Shown: positions 51,101 through 63,649 of the stretch, one piece after another
Numbering within the stretch: position 1 is the stretch's first letter
Layout of the letters: each line of letters begins with the position of its first letter
Assembly: GCA_034780895.1 (NCBI GenBank)
Contig: JAUZTB010000001.1
Coordinates: forward strand, 39,605,829 to 39,669,828
DNA length: 64,000 bases
From: Rhynchobatus australiae
Taxonomy: Eukaryota
Direction of reading: 5' to 3'
Notes under the pieces: model-generated
The model's database searches: none
Told to the model about the DNA's origin: nothing
Seen by the model: only the letters and a program-made list of their open reading frames with translations
Translations under genes and position numbers: made by a program

Positions 51101-52645
51101 ATTCCCATTTGTTCAATTTTCACCATTTGTCTTGAACTTTTTGAGTGTACTAATCCTATTTTAGTTTCTAGGAATGTCTACTGTTTCAGCACAGTTTTGC
51201 AAATTTGCAAACTTGCAAACTCAGCCAGAATTGCTTTCTGCAACCCAGACTGCCAGTGAAAGGCAATGTATTCCACAGTGAAGTTTAAGTAAACTCGCTG
51301 TGACTGAGTGCATTAAGCAAACAAATCCTTTATTTATGGCAGTTGATCTTTAATTGAACATCAAGCAATAATATAAACAATGTAAAAAGATATAACCATG
51401 TGACACATACCAAAGACAGTCATTTGCACACCCTGATTTTAGTCAGTCCAATACTGGCAGCCATTTCCTTAGCCTGTTTTGGAATTCCCTCTCTTAAACT
51501 CTTCTCCCTTAAAACATTCAAAACCTACCAGCCTACCTAAGCTACTGATCACTTATCCAGTATCTTCTTGGCTTCTGTCAATTTCATTCAATTAGATTCT
51601 TGTAAAGTGCCTTGAACCACAAATGCAGGTTATGTTGTCACTGTAATTCCCCCCACCCAGCCATGTCTCCACTATTCAGCAGAACAGCAACTAAAATCAA
51701 TCCAGAATATTCAGTGAACTACAAACCCCTTGTGGTTTGCAATCTTTTTAAGTATGTTTAAAATTTCAGCAGCAACAGATGCAAGGAAAAGCATGATTAC
51801 TTTCAGTAACTCTTCCTGACTGCTCTCGTTTCATTTTGCTGTAACAGATGCCCCACGGAACATAACTCGCACATAATTTTCAGTTGTGACTGGGCAACCA
51901 TTATCCCATTAGAAAATGAAACCTACCAAAATCACTGGAGATTTACCAATAAATCACTGGTGACACTTCGAATATTTGAGCCAGGAATTATATTTTGTAT
52001 TACCTTAAATGTCCACATATTACCAGCTTGCTGATGAAGTGTTATTTACTAAAATAATATTTTAATAATAATAGACAGCACCTAGGGCAAGGCAGCATTT
52101 TTTCACCAGCATCTTGAAGCCTTTAAAATATCCCAAGTCTGAGTACCACACTAATACTTCATAATCTATGCCAATGCAAAGTTCTATATCATTGCCACTT
52201 AAGCTTACACCATCCATCTCAGGGACAAGTGTAACATCACAAAATTTAGCTGGAATTGTCTATGCTCAAATAATCTTCAACAATTCTAACTTGGCTATCT
52301 GAACAGAGGAGTGTGCTAACACTGGATAGAATACATACAAAAATGCTTATTCCATTCAATATCATTNNNNNNNNNNNNNNNNNNNNNNNNNNNNNNNNNN
52401 NNNNNNNNNNNNNNNNNNNNNNNNNNNNNNNNNNNNNNNNNNNNNNNNNNNNNNNNNNNNNNNNNNTCATTAATTTCAGAAATTTTGATGCATTATTTAA
52501 GATTTGCTACAACTTAACTTTAGAATCAAATCGTTTCTGTTTGGTCTTAATTTAGTTTAAGAACAATTCAAAGTATCTTTAATTAAAAGCAAATATTTTC
52601 CATATTGCCACACTTGAAAATGGAGGATATAGCAACCTGCTAATA

Positions 52646-52868
52646 CAGGTAGTTCTGCTATAATGTAATAGTTACCTTCCTAAGAAATATCACATTATAG
52701 AACATGTTATAGCAGAACAGGCTGTATTTGCCTTTAGAGCACAGAGTTAAACACGTTTTCCCTAATCGAGATTGCACAGACCTGCATATTGAAAATAGTG
52801 TTCCTAAATCTATCAACTGCATTATAATCAATTCATGCTATGGAAACAGATTATAGCAGAACTACTTG
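52646..52868. mobile_element. 223-bp Tc1/mariner (Tigger/pogo-type) MITE with TA target duplication
   Basis: TA|CAGGTAGTTCTGCTATAAT...ATTATAGCAGAACTACTTG|TA gives 19-bp TIRs with one mismatch. An internal partial TIR copy ttatagcagaac lies at 52707-52718. Confidence 0.85.
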
Positions 52869-52982
52869 TAGTAGAAAGTAGTAGCAGTGAATACATGCGT
52901 TAAGAAGCACATCAGCTTCAATAATATAAGAAGTACAAGAACAAAACAGAGTTGAGCCAATAACTCAATATTTTGTGCCCAG

Positions 52983-53055
52983 GCAGAAAACACTGGAAAC
53001 ACTCACCAGGTCAGACAGAATCTGCAGAAAGAGACACAGAGTTAGTGTTTCAGTT
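52983..53055 (-). repeat. Single arm of the Penelope 3'-end repeat
   Basis: gcagaaaacactggaaacactcaccaggtcagacagaatctgcagaaagagacacagagttagtgtttcag. Confidence 0.65.
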
Positions 53056-53064
53056 TTCAACCTG

Positions 53065-53815
53065 AGGAACTCGTACAGTGATGTCCTGGTGCCAAGACAA
53101 TTGACTTTCAACAACCACAACCATTGTCCTTAGGCGTGAGGTATGCCTCCTGCTCACTTCTATAATTCAGCTCCCTGGTCCATGTTTGAGCCAAGTGGTC
53201 AAGATGAAACCCAAACTAGTCACTGGTGAGTAAGTGCTGCTTAACAGCACTGTCAATGAAGGCTTCCATCACTTTACTGATGATTGTGAGTAGGCTGATT
53301 GGCAGTAATTAGCCAAATTAGATTTGTCCTATTTTAGGCAATTTTCCAATTGTCTGGTAGATGCTAGTATTGTAACTGCACTGGAACAGCTTGGCTAGAG
53401 TAGCACGCTCAGTCTGAAGTACAGGTCTTCAATACTGCAACTGGGCTGCTGTCTGGTTCTGTAGCCTTTGCTGCATTCAGTGCTCTCAGCCATTTCTTCA
53501 TATCATACAGAGTGAACCAAATTGATTGGAGATTGGCTTTATAATAGTCAGAATCTGGGGAAGAAGCCTAAGTGGATCAGGCTTGGCTGAACGTGGCTGT
53601 GAATGTTTCAGCCTTTTCTCTTGCAATGGCTGGGACTCAACTTTGTTGAGGATGAGGATGTCTTGGAGCCTGCTCCTCCCGTCAACTGCTTAATTGTCCA
53701 CCATTTTTCATTACCAGAGTTTTGATCTGATCCACTGGTTATGTGATTGCTTAGTTGTCTATGGAATGCTGCTTGATGTGCCAGTATTCTTGTGTTGAAT
53801 CTTCACTAGCTGGCA
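53065..53815 (-). mobile_element. Degenerate LINE family B fragment
   Basis: Colinear with 32420-33170 (aattcagctc...gtccatgtttga; gatttgtcct...ggcaattttcc...gatgctagt...tgtaactg...cagcttggct). Confidence 0.7.
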
Positions 53816-54548
53816 ACTCATCATTTTTAGCATACTATAAGCAGCAATTACAGTCGTGGTTAAAATGGTGATGGCATCAGGAGCAGAGCACTCACCTCCA
53901 ATTACCACACTCCTCCAAAGGCCAGCTGTGTCTCATACCTCAGGGTCTGTTAGTTAACTATTCCCATAATGTGTATTTACATGAACCAAGAGGTATACAT
54001 CATTGCCTCCCAATACATTGTCACAATATTCTTTTGCTTATATGGTCCATGTCATAAGCTTCCTATTCTTACCTGGAGAAAGCTTTGGATCTAGCTATGA
54101 TATCCCCCGATACAAAGACTACTAGTATCATCTCTAAGTGAATACTACAGTGGGCTGCTTGTTTCTGAGCTTGTTAGTTTATTTCTATAAAGCAGGTCTC
54201 TCATATTTGCTGGGGATAGAATACATTTTTGTCCCACAATATGCTTTATAGTATATGCAAGTTAATCCTACAGACTCAGTCCCCAAGTCCAAATAGTGTC
54301 CTACCTCAATATATTTTACATAAATAGACTTAATTAAGCCTCTTTTTTTTTAAAATTTTAGAAGATAAAAATCTTAACATTTACTTTCAGATAGATTTTG
54401 TGCCATTATAGAGAAGAGTGTTTCTGCAAGAAAGGAAAATTTTTGGTATACAAGAGCAGCATGCAGTGCTTCCAGCTAATCCATACCATTCAGGGAAAGC
54501 ATTTGTACTCCTTTGAACAGAACATCNNNNNNNNNNNNNNNNNNNNNN

Positions 54549-54835
54549 CCCAAGATTTTCTGTCATCCACTTTGCAGACATCAGGAATACAACATACTTG
54601 ACTGGAAAAGTGCAGCTCCAACCATCCATAGCAAAACAGCTCATGTAATTGGCACCCCATCTGTCTGCTTAAACATTTATTCCCTTCCTCACCAGTGCAG
54701 AGAGTTTGCAGTGTGTACCATCTGCAAGATGCGGTGCATCAACTCACCAAGGCCTTTTCAATCACATCTCCAAGACCCATGACATCTCTCACCTCAAAGG
54801 GCAAGGGCAGCAGACACAATGGAACATCAACTCCT
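54549..54835 (+). mobile_element. LINE family B 3' ORF2 fragment
   Basis: tgcagctccaaccat...aattggcaccccatc...aaacatttattcccttc...gcagtgtgtaccatctgcaagatg is similar to 12960-13210. Confidence 0.6.
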
Positions 54836-57689
54836 CCAAATTTACAAGTAACAGACAGGGATGCAAAGCAGAGTGCCATGTGGGAAAAGAGGGAAGTATA
54901 TGTGTATTTTTCATTACGGAATTTTAGGCATATTTAAAGGAAATGAAAAACAAGTGTATTTATGCTGTGCCTTTCACAACTTCCAACATGCCAAAGTAAT
55001 TTACATCCACTGAAGTATTTTTAAGTGTAACTGCTGTTATAATATTGGCCATTGATCATCTATACCTCTAAAGGAATCCAATTCTTCTTTTATCAATAGT
55101 GACTGATATATGGAACTGGCCAGAGCCATCAACACACGAAGGGAGAACTGGCCATCTTGGATAGCATCATATCTGATTTACTCTTTTTTGAAAGCTTAAA
55201 CCAAAAGCAAGTAGGAACCACAGATGCATTATTTTTGGTAAAATATAAGTGATTTACAACTGAAAAACAATAAAACAGAAAATTTGTTCTTGACCATTTA
55301 ACCATTAAGGAGAAACATTTGCTGGAATAAAAGTTCCACAGAATTCAAATGTCCTAATTATCAAGCTTAGTAAGCATGGTTTAAATGTCATATGATCATC
55401 CACACTCTGCTCTTTTGTTCACACATGACTCATATATTACTGTTCTATCCCACATAAAGTCTGTTTATCCATTATTCCTGTCCAATTGAAGCACTGTGAT
55501 TCAAGTGTCTCACATTTTAAGTTCCAGTACATGCATGCAGATTACTCATTAGCCTGACACTTCTATGCAAACTCCTTCAAAATTAGAGCCTCCTCTCCAA
55601 ACTCTGCATTTCACTGATTTCAGCCTCTTGTGTATGATCTTGTCCATCCTTTCTGGTGGTCACACATGCTGCATCCAATTCTAGAATTTCCTCCCTAAAC
55701 CATTTAATTCCTTCTTTAAAACTCACCACTTAAACAAACCATTAGTCAACTCTCTTACTTTCTCCTTCTTCACTCAGAATCCTTATTCCACATGGTTCTG
55801 TGAAACATAATTTGTTACTTTAAAGGAGCTGAAACATTCAAGCTGATTTAGTTTTCTATTATAAGGTTCACCATTTCAGTGTACTACCTGTAAATCAATT
55901 GTGAGACTTGATCTCTTTACTTTTGTTCTTTTAAACTGGTATTTTCAAACCACTGTTGGTCATTTTACCCAGCATGCCCTTACTTAGCTTCTCACTCATG
56001 GCTGGATTTGGCATTGCTCACAGATGCAGCTGGGTCCTACATCTGTGCAGCACAACCTCACGCTCAAAACATTCTGCAGGCAGGGAAATGGGTTGCTAGA
56101 GCTCCTTCTGGGATGCAAGGGATTAAGGTCTGCCGGGAGCTGCCATTAAATCTAGCAATATTTGGCTAATTACATTCTGAACTCACTCAGTTGTAAATAT
56201 GTTTCATCACAATATGTAAAGCATTCAAATAAATTTCCCTTCTAATTTCTCTCATTGTAATTTGCTTTACAAATTGTTTCAATGTGTCAAATTAATGTAA
56301 GTGTACGTACATATTTACAACTGAGTGAATTCAGAATGCAATTAGCAAAACACTGAAAAGTTTCTTAAATGTAAACAAAATTACATCTTGAAAGAGTAGG
56401 ATTTAACTGAAGTGTCTATTTTTATAAGCTGCTGAAATATATTTTATATATATAATACTAAATTGAATGGCTTCCTGGCAGGACAAGTATTTAATTAGAC
56501 TGATAATTGCAAGACAAATATACTAAATAATTTCAATCAAACACCAATTAATGTATCATTGGCTAACTTGTAACTACGGATATGGCAGCAATTGTGGCTG
56601 TACTGAATCAAACAAATCATAATATTACAAGTCTGAATGGACTAGGACTGACTACTATGATTACAGTGTTAAGGTTACAATCTTAATGTGGGATTGCTGC
56701 ATTTATTCAAACTTATTGGTCATTTTTTTGTCTTTGAACCTATTTTTTGTTTTGATATGTAGGATAACTGGAATTGTGAATCTTCATTGCCTTCTTCTCT
56801 AAAATGTAGTAATGAGGTCATAAGTACCTTGACAAAATCTGCAACTTGACTCTGTACTATGTTATTTCATCACATGCTACCACTCAACAGAAAGTAAACC
56901 AGAAATTAAGTGCAATTTAATTGAGGTGAACACAGATTAATTTTCATTCAGATGGCTTCTCGTTAGTATTTGAAGAAATATTAAATTTTACTATGTATAG
57001 GCATTTAAAATGATTTTCAGGATATAAATAAATCTGATCATCATTAATAAGCAACCAAGTTTCATACAAGTTTAATGAAATATCCCTTAAGTGCAAAATT
57101 AATTAGATTAAATGTTTAATATATTAATAAAGTGCATCTTTTACTGAAAACTTTAAACAATTATATTAACACATTTGGAAAAATAAACAGAATGTTTAAT
57201 TGTAGAGAGTAGCCAAAATATTAGTCCAATTATTAGCATACAATGAAGTACTAAAAGAGATACTTACTTAACAATAGCACACAAATTTCTTCTTTGCAGT
57301 CCTTTGACCGAGAGGGTGACTTGATTCCACTCCAATATTGTGGGTTCTGAGGTGGCTATCAAGCCCAATGTGGGTACCACTGACTCTTCAACAACAGTAG
57401 CAGGTGTCTGATAAGCTGGGCAGGCGGGTGGTTTGTGACGTGGTACACTCCTTCTGATATCTCCTGTGCAGTTAATTAGCTCCTCAGTCCCCTGATCATT
57501 CCCACACCAGTCCTGGTCCCTCTTGAGAGAGAAACCCAGAGTTTCTTCACAGGTGCCAATTACAGCAAACTCCGGGTAACCCATAAGCTGTGGACACTCT
57601 GCAAATACAGTGGGCTGGGAATTGACAGGTTATCAGTGAGGAGATGTCTTAGAAGAGCTGCATTTGTGGGATCATTGAGAGATTCAACA

Positions 57690-58045
57690 TTTATCTTCTA
57701 CAGTAACACTTCTGTTGGCACTTATGATTTATGACCCACATTGCAGGGGATAATAAATTAGAATAAGCAGTAGTCAATCCACCAACCATCCATACTTGTG
57801 ACACAGATGGTGCAGACATCTTTTGTGTTCCCTCACTTGAAAGATGATATAATCTCCACAGGTCCTGTGCTTGAACCAAGGGTGCTACCAAGACATCTTC
57901 TGCTTGTTGCTCTGACAAAACAACATGTTCATTATGACATATCCCATGCACCAAGTATTTCATCAGGAGAAGGGCTCTGTTGGCGTTAGCCTTCCCTACT
58001 TCTTCCTTGTCGACCACAGCTTGCCAGAGGATTGGAACTGTTCCC
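57690..58045 (-). mobile_element. RTE-clade LINE endonuclease relic
   Basis: Minus frames give EVGKANANRALLLMKYLVHG, then after a frameshift IMNMLFCQSNKQKMSW*HPWFKHRTCGDYII. This matches the RTE APE pattern GK.N.NG.LLL..C....L.ITNT.F....K.KTSW.HPRSKHW..IDYII. Confidence 0.7.
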
Positions 58046-58489
58046 ACCCTGGTGTTTAACTCATCCAGAAGGATCAGTTTATCTCCTTTTGGGATGCAGA
58101 CTAGGATTTTTCAAGGTTGGCCTCATCTGAAACAACTAGGATTGGGGTTTAATGCCCAAAGCATTAAATGTCAAAATCAGCCAGGGTCACAAGGCCTTCA
58201 CTAAATCTGGATGGGGGAGTCGCTGAGGCACCTAACTAACTCATTTTTGATGGCAAAGCTCACTTTGTGTCGATGTTCCTCTTCCGGTTTGCCTGATCAG
58301 AAGATTAATCATCACCTACTTATTTAAACAGGCTATGTTCTGCCTGATACGTCTCATTAAATGTGGCAATGTTAATGCATTCCTGAGCTAAGGTAGCAGA
58401 TAGTTCAGGTTTCTCACCATGAAGATCCTATCAGTCCAGGTCCCAAACTTTATATTGTGGAGTGAAAGTTACCTGTGCATGGATCCTTT

Positions 58490-59090
58490 TAATGTAAGGT
58501 GCTCCAGATATCACAAATTATCACTGTGTACCACATTAGTCTCCTTATACAGGAAGGATACAGTTGTGAAGGTTGGGAAGTAGCTCAGAGGAGGTTTGCC
58601 AGACTCAAACTGGTGGAGCAACAGCAGGTCAGGTATATTGTCCAACGAGGAAAGGTTGGACAAGCTAGGCTTACATCTGCTGGGATTTAGAACAGTAACA
58701 GTAGGCTTATTAAAACATATAAAGGTCCTTAGTGATGGTCTTAGAGTGGATTTGGAGAGGATGTTTCCTCTTGTGAGAGAATCTAGAACTATGTCACGAT
58801 TTAAAAACAAGAGGTTGCCCATTTAAGACGAGTTGAGGTTTTTTTTTCCTGTGACAGTCGTGAGCCTTGAAACCATCTTCCTTGCAGTGGAAGCAGCATC
58901 TTTGATTTTTATTTAAAAGCAGAGGTAGATAGATTTTTGATTTTCAAAGGGTTGATTGGTTACTGGGGGTAGGTGGGAATGCAAAATCAAAGGGTTTGGG
59001 ATTAGAGGAGGAAAGTGGCGTTGAAGTAAAAAAAAAGTGGAGCATGCTCAAGGGGCAAAGGGGCCTCGTTCTGCTCTTAATTCATATATT
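58490..59090 (+). mobile_element. Old CR1 3' fragment
   Basis: LSNEERLDKLGLHLLGFRTV...LLKHIKVL...RVDLERMFPLVRESRT. Confidence 0.8.
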
Positions 59091-59279
59091 TGTATTTAAT
59101 TTTATATACAGTTAAGTGTTTTTCATGTTTTGAAAAAGTAGTTACTGGAAATAATTTCTTTTGAAAATGGATTCTGCATCTTTTTCTCCCCTTCAGCAAT
59201 TCTCTCTCGGCTTTTGCAGCAGTAAGATTCCATGAATGTTAGGTAGGTCTTTGATCATTTTCCATGACAGGCTACATAG

Positions 59280-59550
59280 TGAGAATTGGCTGAATATTCA
59301 GTCTCAGAGGCACAGCAGACAAATCTGATGCTGTCTTGAGCCAACATCTAAACACTCGCAAGCTGTCAGCAGGGGTCACTGACTGCTGATCAGCAGCAGG
59401 AACCCTGGATAAATTTTTCCCTGCTCAAATATTCTTCCTACTGCTTTGCTGAGACAAGCCCTGTCAGCACAAATCAAAGATTAAGCCAGGAGATCCAGCC
59501 CTCATATCTCAGTTACTTATTGTGTAACCAGCTAAGCAATTGGGAGGTCA
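59280..59550 (-). mobile_element. Probable tRNA-derived SINE relic, family uncertain
   Basis: The minus strand starts tgcttagctggtta (A-box-like) and contains ccagggttcctgctgctgatcagcagtcagtgacccctgctg, resembling an ancient vertebrate SINE body as recalled. Confidence 0.35.
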
Positions 59551-59669
59551 AGGATTCACTTAGTAATTGTCAGTATAGACAGGNNNNNNNNNNNNNNNNN
59601 NNNNNNNNNNNNAAATTAATCACTGCAAACAGGTGGAGATTTGAGACTTACATAGTCTGTAAGTGTATG

Positions 59670-60250
59670 GATGAAGTATTCTAAATTGAAAGAAACACAA
59701 ATAAATTGCTGTTTCACCTGGAATAATTGGGCTGCTAGGAAGAAAGGAAGCAAGAGTGCAGGTGTTGCACCTCTTGTGGTTGTATGGTAAGGTCCATAAG
59801 GAAGTGGCTGCTGGTGAAGATGGAAGACGAGACCAGAGCATCAAGAAAAAATGGTATGTTCAGAAAGCTGAAAGGGGAGGGGAGGATGAAAATCTGACAG
59901 GCAGTGGTATCACATCACTCACAGACCCTAAGGGTTCTTTCAATTGATGCAATGATTCACTTGTACTTCTTCCAATGGAGTGTATTGTATTCATTATTAT
60001 CTCTCTCCTCTATGATGGAGAAACAGAGTGGGTGACTGCTTTGCAGAATACCTCTGTCCAAACTTCAATGGTGACCCAAGCTTCAGTTACCTGTCACTTT
60101 AATTTTCCATCTCCCTACCACTCTAACATCCATCTTCGGCCATCCACACAGCTACAAAGCTCATTGTAAGCTTGAAGAACAGCATCCCCTCTTCGAATGT
60201 GGCACATTGCACACTTCAGGATTCAACATCAAATTCATCAATTTCAGAAA
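59670..60250. mobile_element. Two divergently oriented Penelope GIY-YIG fragments
   Basis: Minus 59670-59910 reads PYNHKRCNTC...QVKQQFICVSFNLEYFI. Plus 59915-60250 reads FTCTSSNGVYCI...LLYDGET...VTCHFNFPS...CKLEEQHPLF. Confidence 0.7.
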
Positions 60251-60374
60251 ATTTGTCTTTCCACTCCCAAAATCTCCCAGCAGTTTCCTTTCTCCTTTGT
60301 TTGCTTTTGTTGGATGCATTCATCCAAGCAGGTAGAGGAGCATGCTAGCAGACATCTGACTAGTATCTTATAAG

Positions 60375-60720
60375 TTACAGAAAAGCTTTGTGCAGTTGGG
60401 ACATGAGCCATCGGTGCAAATTCCCAGCTCTGACTTGCTCTTTAAGCCTACTTATATGGCTGCTCCAGTTGAGTTTTCTACCATTACCCCACAGCTCTTC
60501 AAATGCCTCCTTCTGAAAGCCCTGATTGAATCTGCTTCTACCATGCATACTGGCAATGAGTTCCAAATTAGAACCTCTTTCTGAAGGAATTCCCCCCCAC
60601 CCCCATGCCCCCATTGTCCTTTGCCCATCACTTTGATTCTGTCTTCCCTAATCCTCAAACAATCCACAGATAGGAACAGCTTCTCTGTATTTATCCTACA
60701 AAAGCCCTTCACTATCATCA
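60375..60720 (-). mobile_element. Old CR1 3' fragment
   Basis: Minus peptide MIVKGFCRINTEKLF...IWNSLPVCMVEADSIRAFRR. Confidence 0.7.
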
Positions 60721-62626
60721 ACCCAAATTGAAGGCAACAGACCGGAGAGAGTACTATTGCAGGGCTTCAAACCACAGCCCCACATTGAAATAGCTGAAGT
60801 TGGTCTGTTCATCAGGAGCTGTGTTTTTTTAACCAGTTGAACTAAATCTAATTGCCGTACCATTGACCAGCTTGCTTTTAGCTTCCACAGCCTTAAGCTA
60901 TACAAATCACTCCCTTCAGCACAATGCCCCTCTTTACTCTTAATATTACACCCCAAGCTTTCTGTCACCGATCTACCTTTCAAGGCTAGATCTTGCTTAC
61001 CTTGTCCCCCACCCAGAACCACCATCTATTGTCCCTGCACACCAGGCTGCATAAACCCCACCTTGCTGGCCTGACACATCCCGGAGTTCAATAACTTGGG
61101 CCAAACAGTGACAGAGCTGCAGATGATAACACTGAGGAGAAACTGTCCAAAAGCTTTGGGAATCAAAATCTCATCTCAAGTTTTGCCTGCTGTACTCATT
61201 GAGGCATTTTTTTAAGTTTTTAACGGTTCTGACATTCAGACACTTAAAAACGTTTTAAAAATTAAAAGCATTAAAGGAAAATGTTTAACTACATGCAATA
61301 AAATGCATATAAATAATTAAGAGTGTTGAACTAATGTTAAATTATTAAAGTTACTTACCCTCCCCTTTCTCTGAGAGGCTTCAATCCACCTTGAGCAACT
61401 GATCCTGCATTGATTCTAACCTTGTGCAGGATTTGAGGCAATTCCCTGGCATTATGCAGGAGAATCTCAGCAAGAACGGGTTATATCATTGGGCTCCATA
61501 GTGACAGCAAGAATTGCTAAATTCAACACTCTGATTCTGTCAACACACACACATCAGTGCAGGACATACTATTACTTGAATGGATACAAGCTGTGGGATC
61601 AGTTCAGAACTACCAGCAGCAACCATCAAGAAGCTCAGTTCCTCCTAATGTAACTCTGCTGATTTTTGTTTGCTAACATGCTCGTGAAGCACCTTGCAAA
61701 ATCTGGCTCAATAAACAACATTACAAGTACAGGTTGTTCTTGCTGTTTATTAGTCACTGGGCTTTTATATTGCTTAAATATGTCTGAAATAAGCGAGAAT
61801 CTTCTACAAATCTCACTGTAATCCAGAAGGAAGACTCCAGCCTGTAATTCACTGACTATGGTCAACCTAATCCCACACCATCACCAAGACACCCTTCTCC
61901 AAGGAAAGGTCATCTTTCTTCCCTTGATCTCACCATCCTCCTCCAAACCCTATCCATTTCACCGAGCCCTGATGTCTGGCTCTAACCCCTCCTAATTGCT
62001 GATGACCATCTCATGTCTATAGATCTGGATGGCTGATTTTCCCTCCTGGCAAACAAGTATCCTGTCAACGTGGCCAAGGCTGACTGGAAGATTAAAAGAT
62101 TATAATAAGGTTCTACCATTAAATTCAGCTGCAACTGTCTGTGGTTTGGACATATTCTCCAGCGATTGTTCCCGCAACTTCCCCATACTCTGCCAGCAAG
62201 AAACTATGTCCTCTATATTTACTTATTAACTGGGATCACAGGATTTGCTATTAATCAATGGCATTCTATTATAATGCTCAGCTCACAACATATTGCTAGT
62301 GGGTCAATGTTTGGATCGATTTTAAGCCTCCAGTCACTGCTCACGTAGCTGATTTTAAATTGGCCTCATTGAGGAGTGGTTTGCCCACGTTGAACATCTC
62401 TGATAATTGATTAGATGTGCTTATAAATCAACCGGGATATTAAATACCATTACATCCAATAATCAGAAAAGTCAGACTCCAGAATTTGAAATCCAACACA
62501 AGACTTGAACAACCTTGAACTTTGTGCATACTGAATAAATAAGGTATGCCTACCTACTGGACAATCAGTGGATTAAAGTAACTCGCTTGTGTGAGTACAA
62601 GAATGCAATTCAAACTGCAGACCACA

Positions 62627-63520
62627 ATAGAGTCATAGAGTACTACAGCACAGAACCAGGCCCTTCAGCCCAGCTAATCCATGCTGACCTGATCTTCCAC
62701 CTAGTCCCATCTATCTGCACCTGGGCCATATCCCTCCAAACCCCTCCCATCCACATACCTGTCCAAACTTCTCTTAAATGTTACAATTGAACCTGCATCC
62801 ACCACTTCCACTGGCAGCTCATCCACACTTGCACCACCCTCTGAGTGAAGAAATTTCCCCTCAGATTCCCCTTAAATATTTTACCTTTCACCCTAAACCT
62901 ATGTCCTCTGGTTCTAGTGTCACCCAACCTTAGAGGAAAAAGCCTGCATGCATTCACCCTATCTATACCCCTCATAATTTTGTATACCTCTAAAAGATCT
63001 CCCCTCATTCTCCAGGGAATAAAATCCTGACCTATTTAGCCTTTCCCTATAACTCAGGTCCTCAAGTCCCGGCAACATCCTTGTAAATTTTCTCTGCACT
63101 CTTTCAAGCTTATTGATATCTTTCCTGTAGGTGGGTAACCAGAACTGCACACAATACTCTAAATTCGGCCTCACCAACATCTTGTACAACTTCAACATAA
63201 CATACCAACCCTTGTACTCAATACCCTGATTTATGAAGGCCAAAGTGCCAAAAGATGTCTTTATGACCGTATCTATCTGTGATGCCACTTTCAAGGAAGT
63301 ATGGATCTGTATTCCCAGGTTCCTTTGTTCTACCGCACATGTCAGAGCCCCACCATTTACTGTGTAAGTCTTACCCTAGATTGTCCTCCTGAAGTACAAC
63401 ACCTCACACTTGACTTCATTTAATTCCATCTGCCATTTTTCAGCCCATTTTTCTAGCTAGTTGTCATACTGCAAGCTTTGATAGCCTTCCTCGCTGTCCA
63501 TTACACCCCCAAACTTGCTG
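62627..63520 (-). mobile_element. Relatively young CR1 (HER1-like) 3' fragment
   Basis: ORFs 62959-63294 (LYKMLVRPNLEYCVQFWLPTYRKDINKLERVQRKFTRMLPGL) and 62781-63008 (MRGDLLEVYKIMRGIDRV...TRGH). Tail atagagtcatagagt. Confidence 0.92.
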
Positions 63521-63529
63521 AAATTTGTA

Positions 63530-63640
63530 AAGCAACACACAAAAAATTCTGGAGGAACTCAGGAGGTCAGGCAGCATCTATGGAGGAAAATCAACAGTGG
63601 ACATTTTGGGCCAAGACCCTTCATCAGGACTGGAAAGAGG
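63530..63640 (-). repeat. Inverted Penelope terminal repeat with a decayed minimal hammerhead motif
   Basis: The minus strand reads CAGTC-CTGATGA-AGGGTC-TT-GGCCC-AAAA-TGTC-CACTG, followed by the family arm tccatagatgctgcctgacctcctgagttcctccag. Confidence 0.75.
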
Positions 63641-63649
63641 GCAGAAGAC

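Noticed and set aside
4556-63640. Recurrent short palindromic repeats as a CRISPR-like array
   Set aside because: Copies are dispersed over kilobases, divergent and tied to Penelope fragments. There is no regular repeat-spacer period and no cas genes, and the context is a vertebrate intron.
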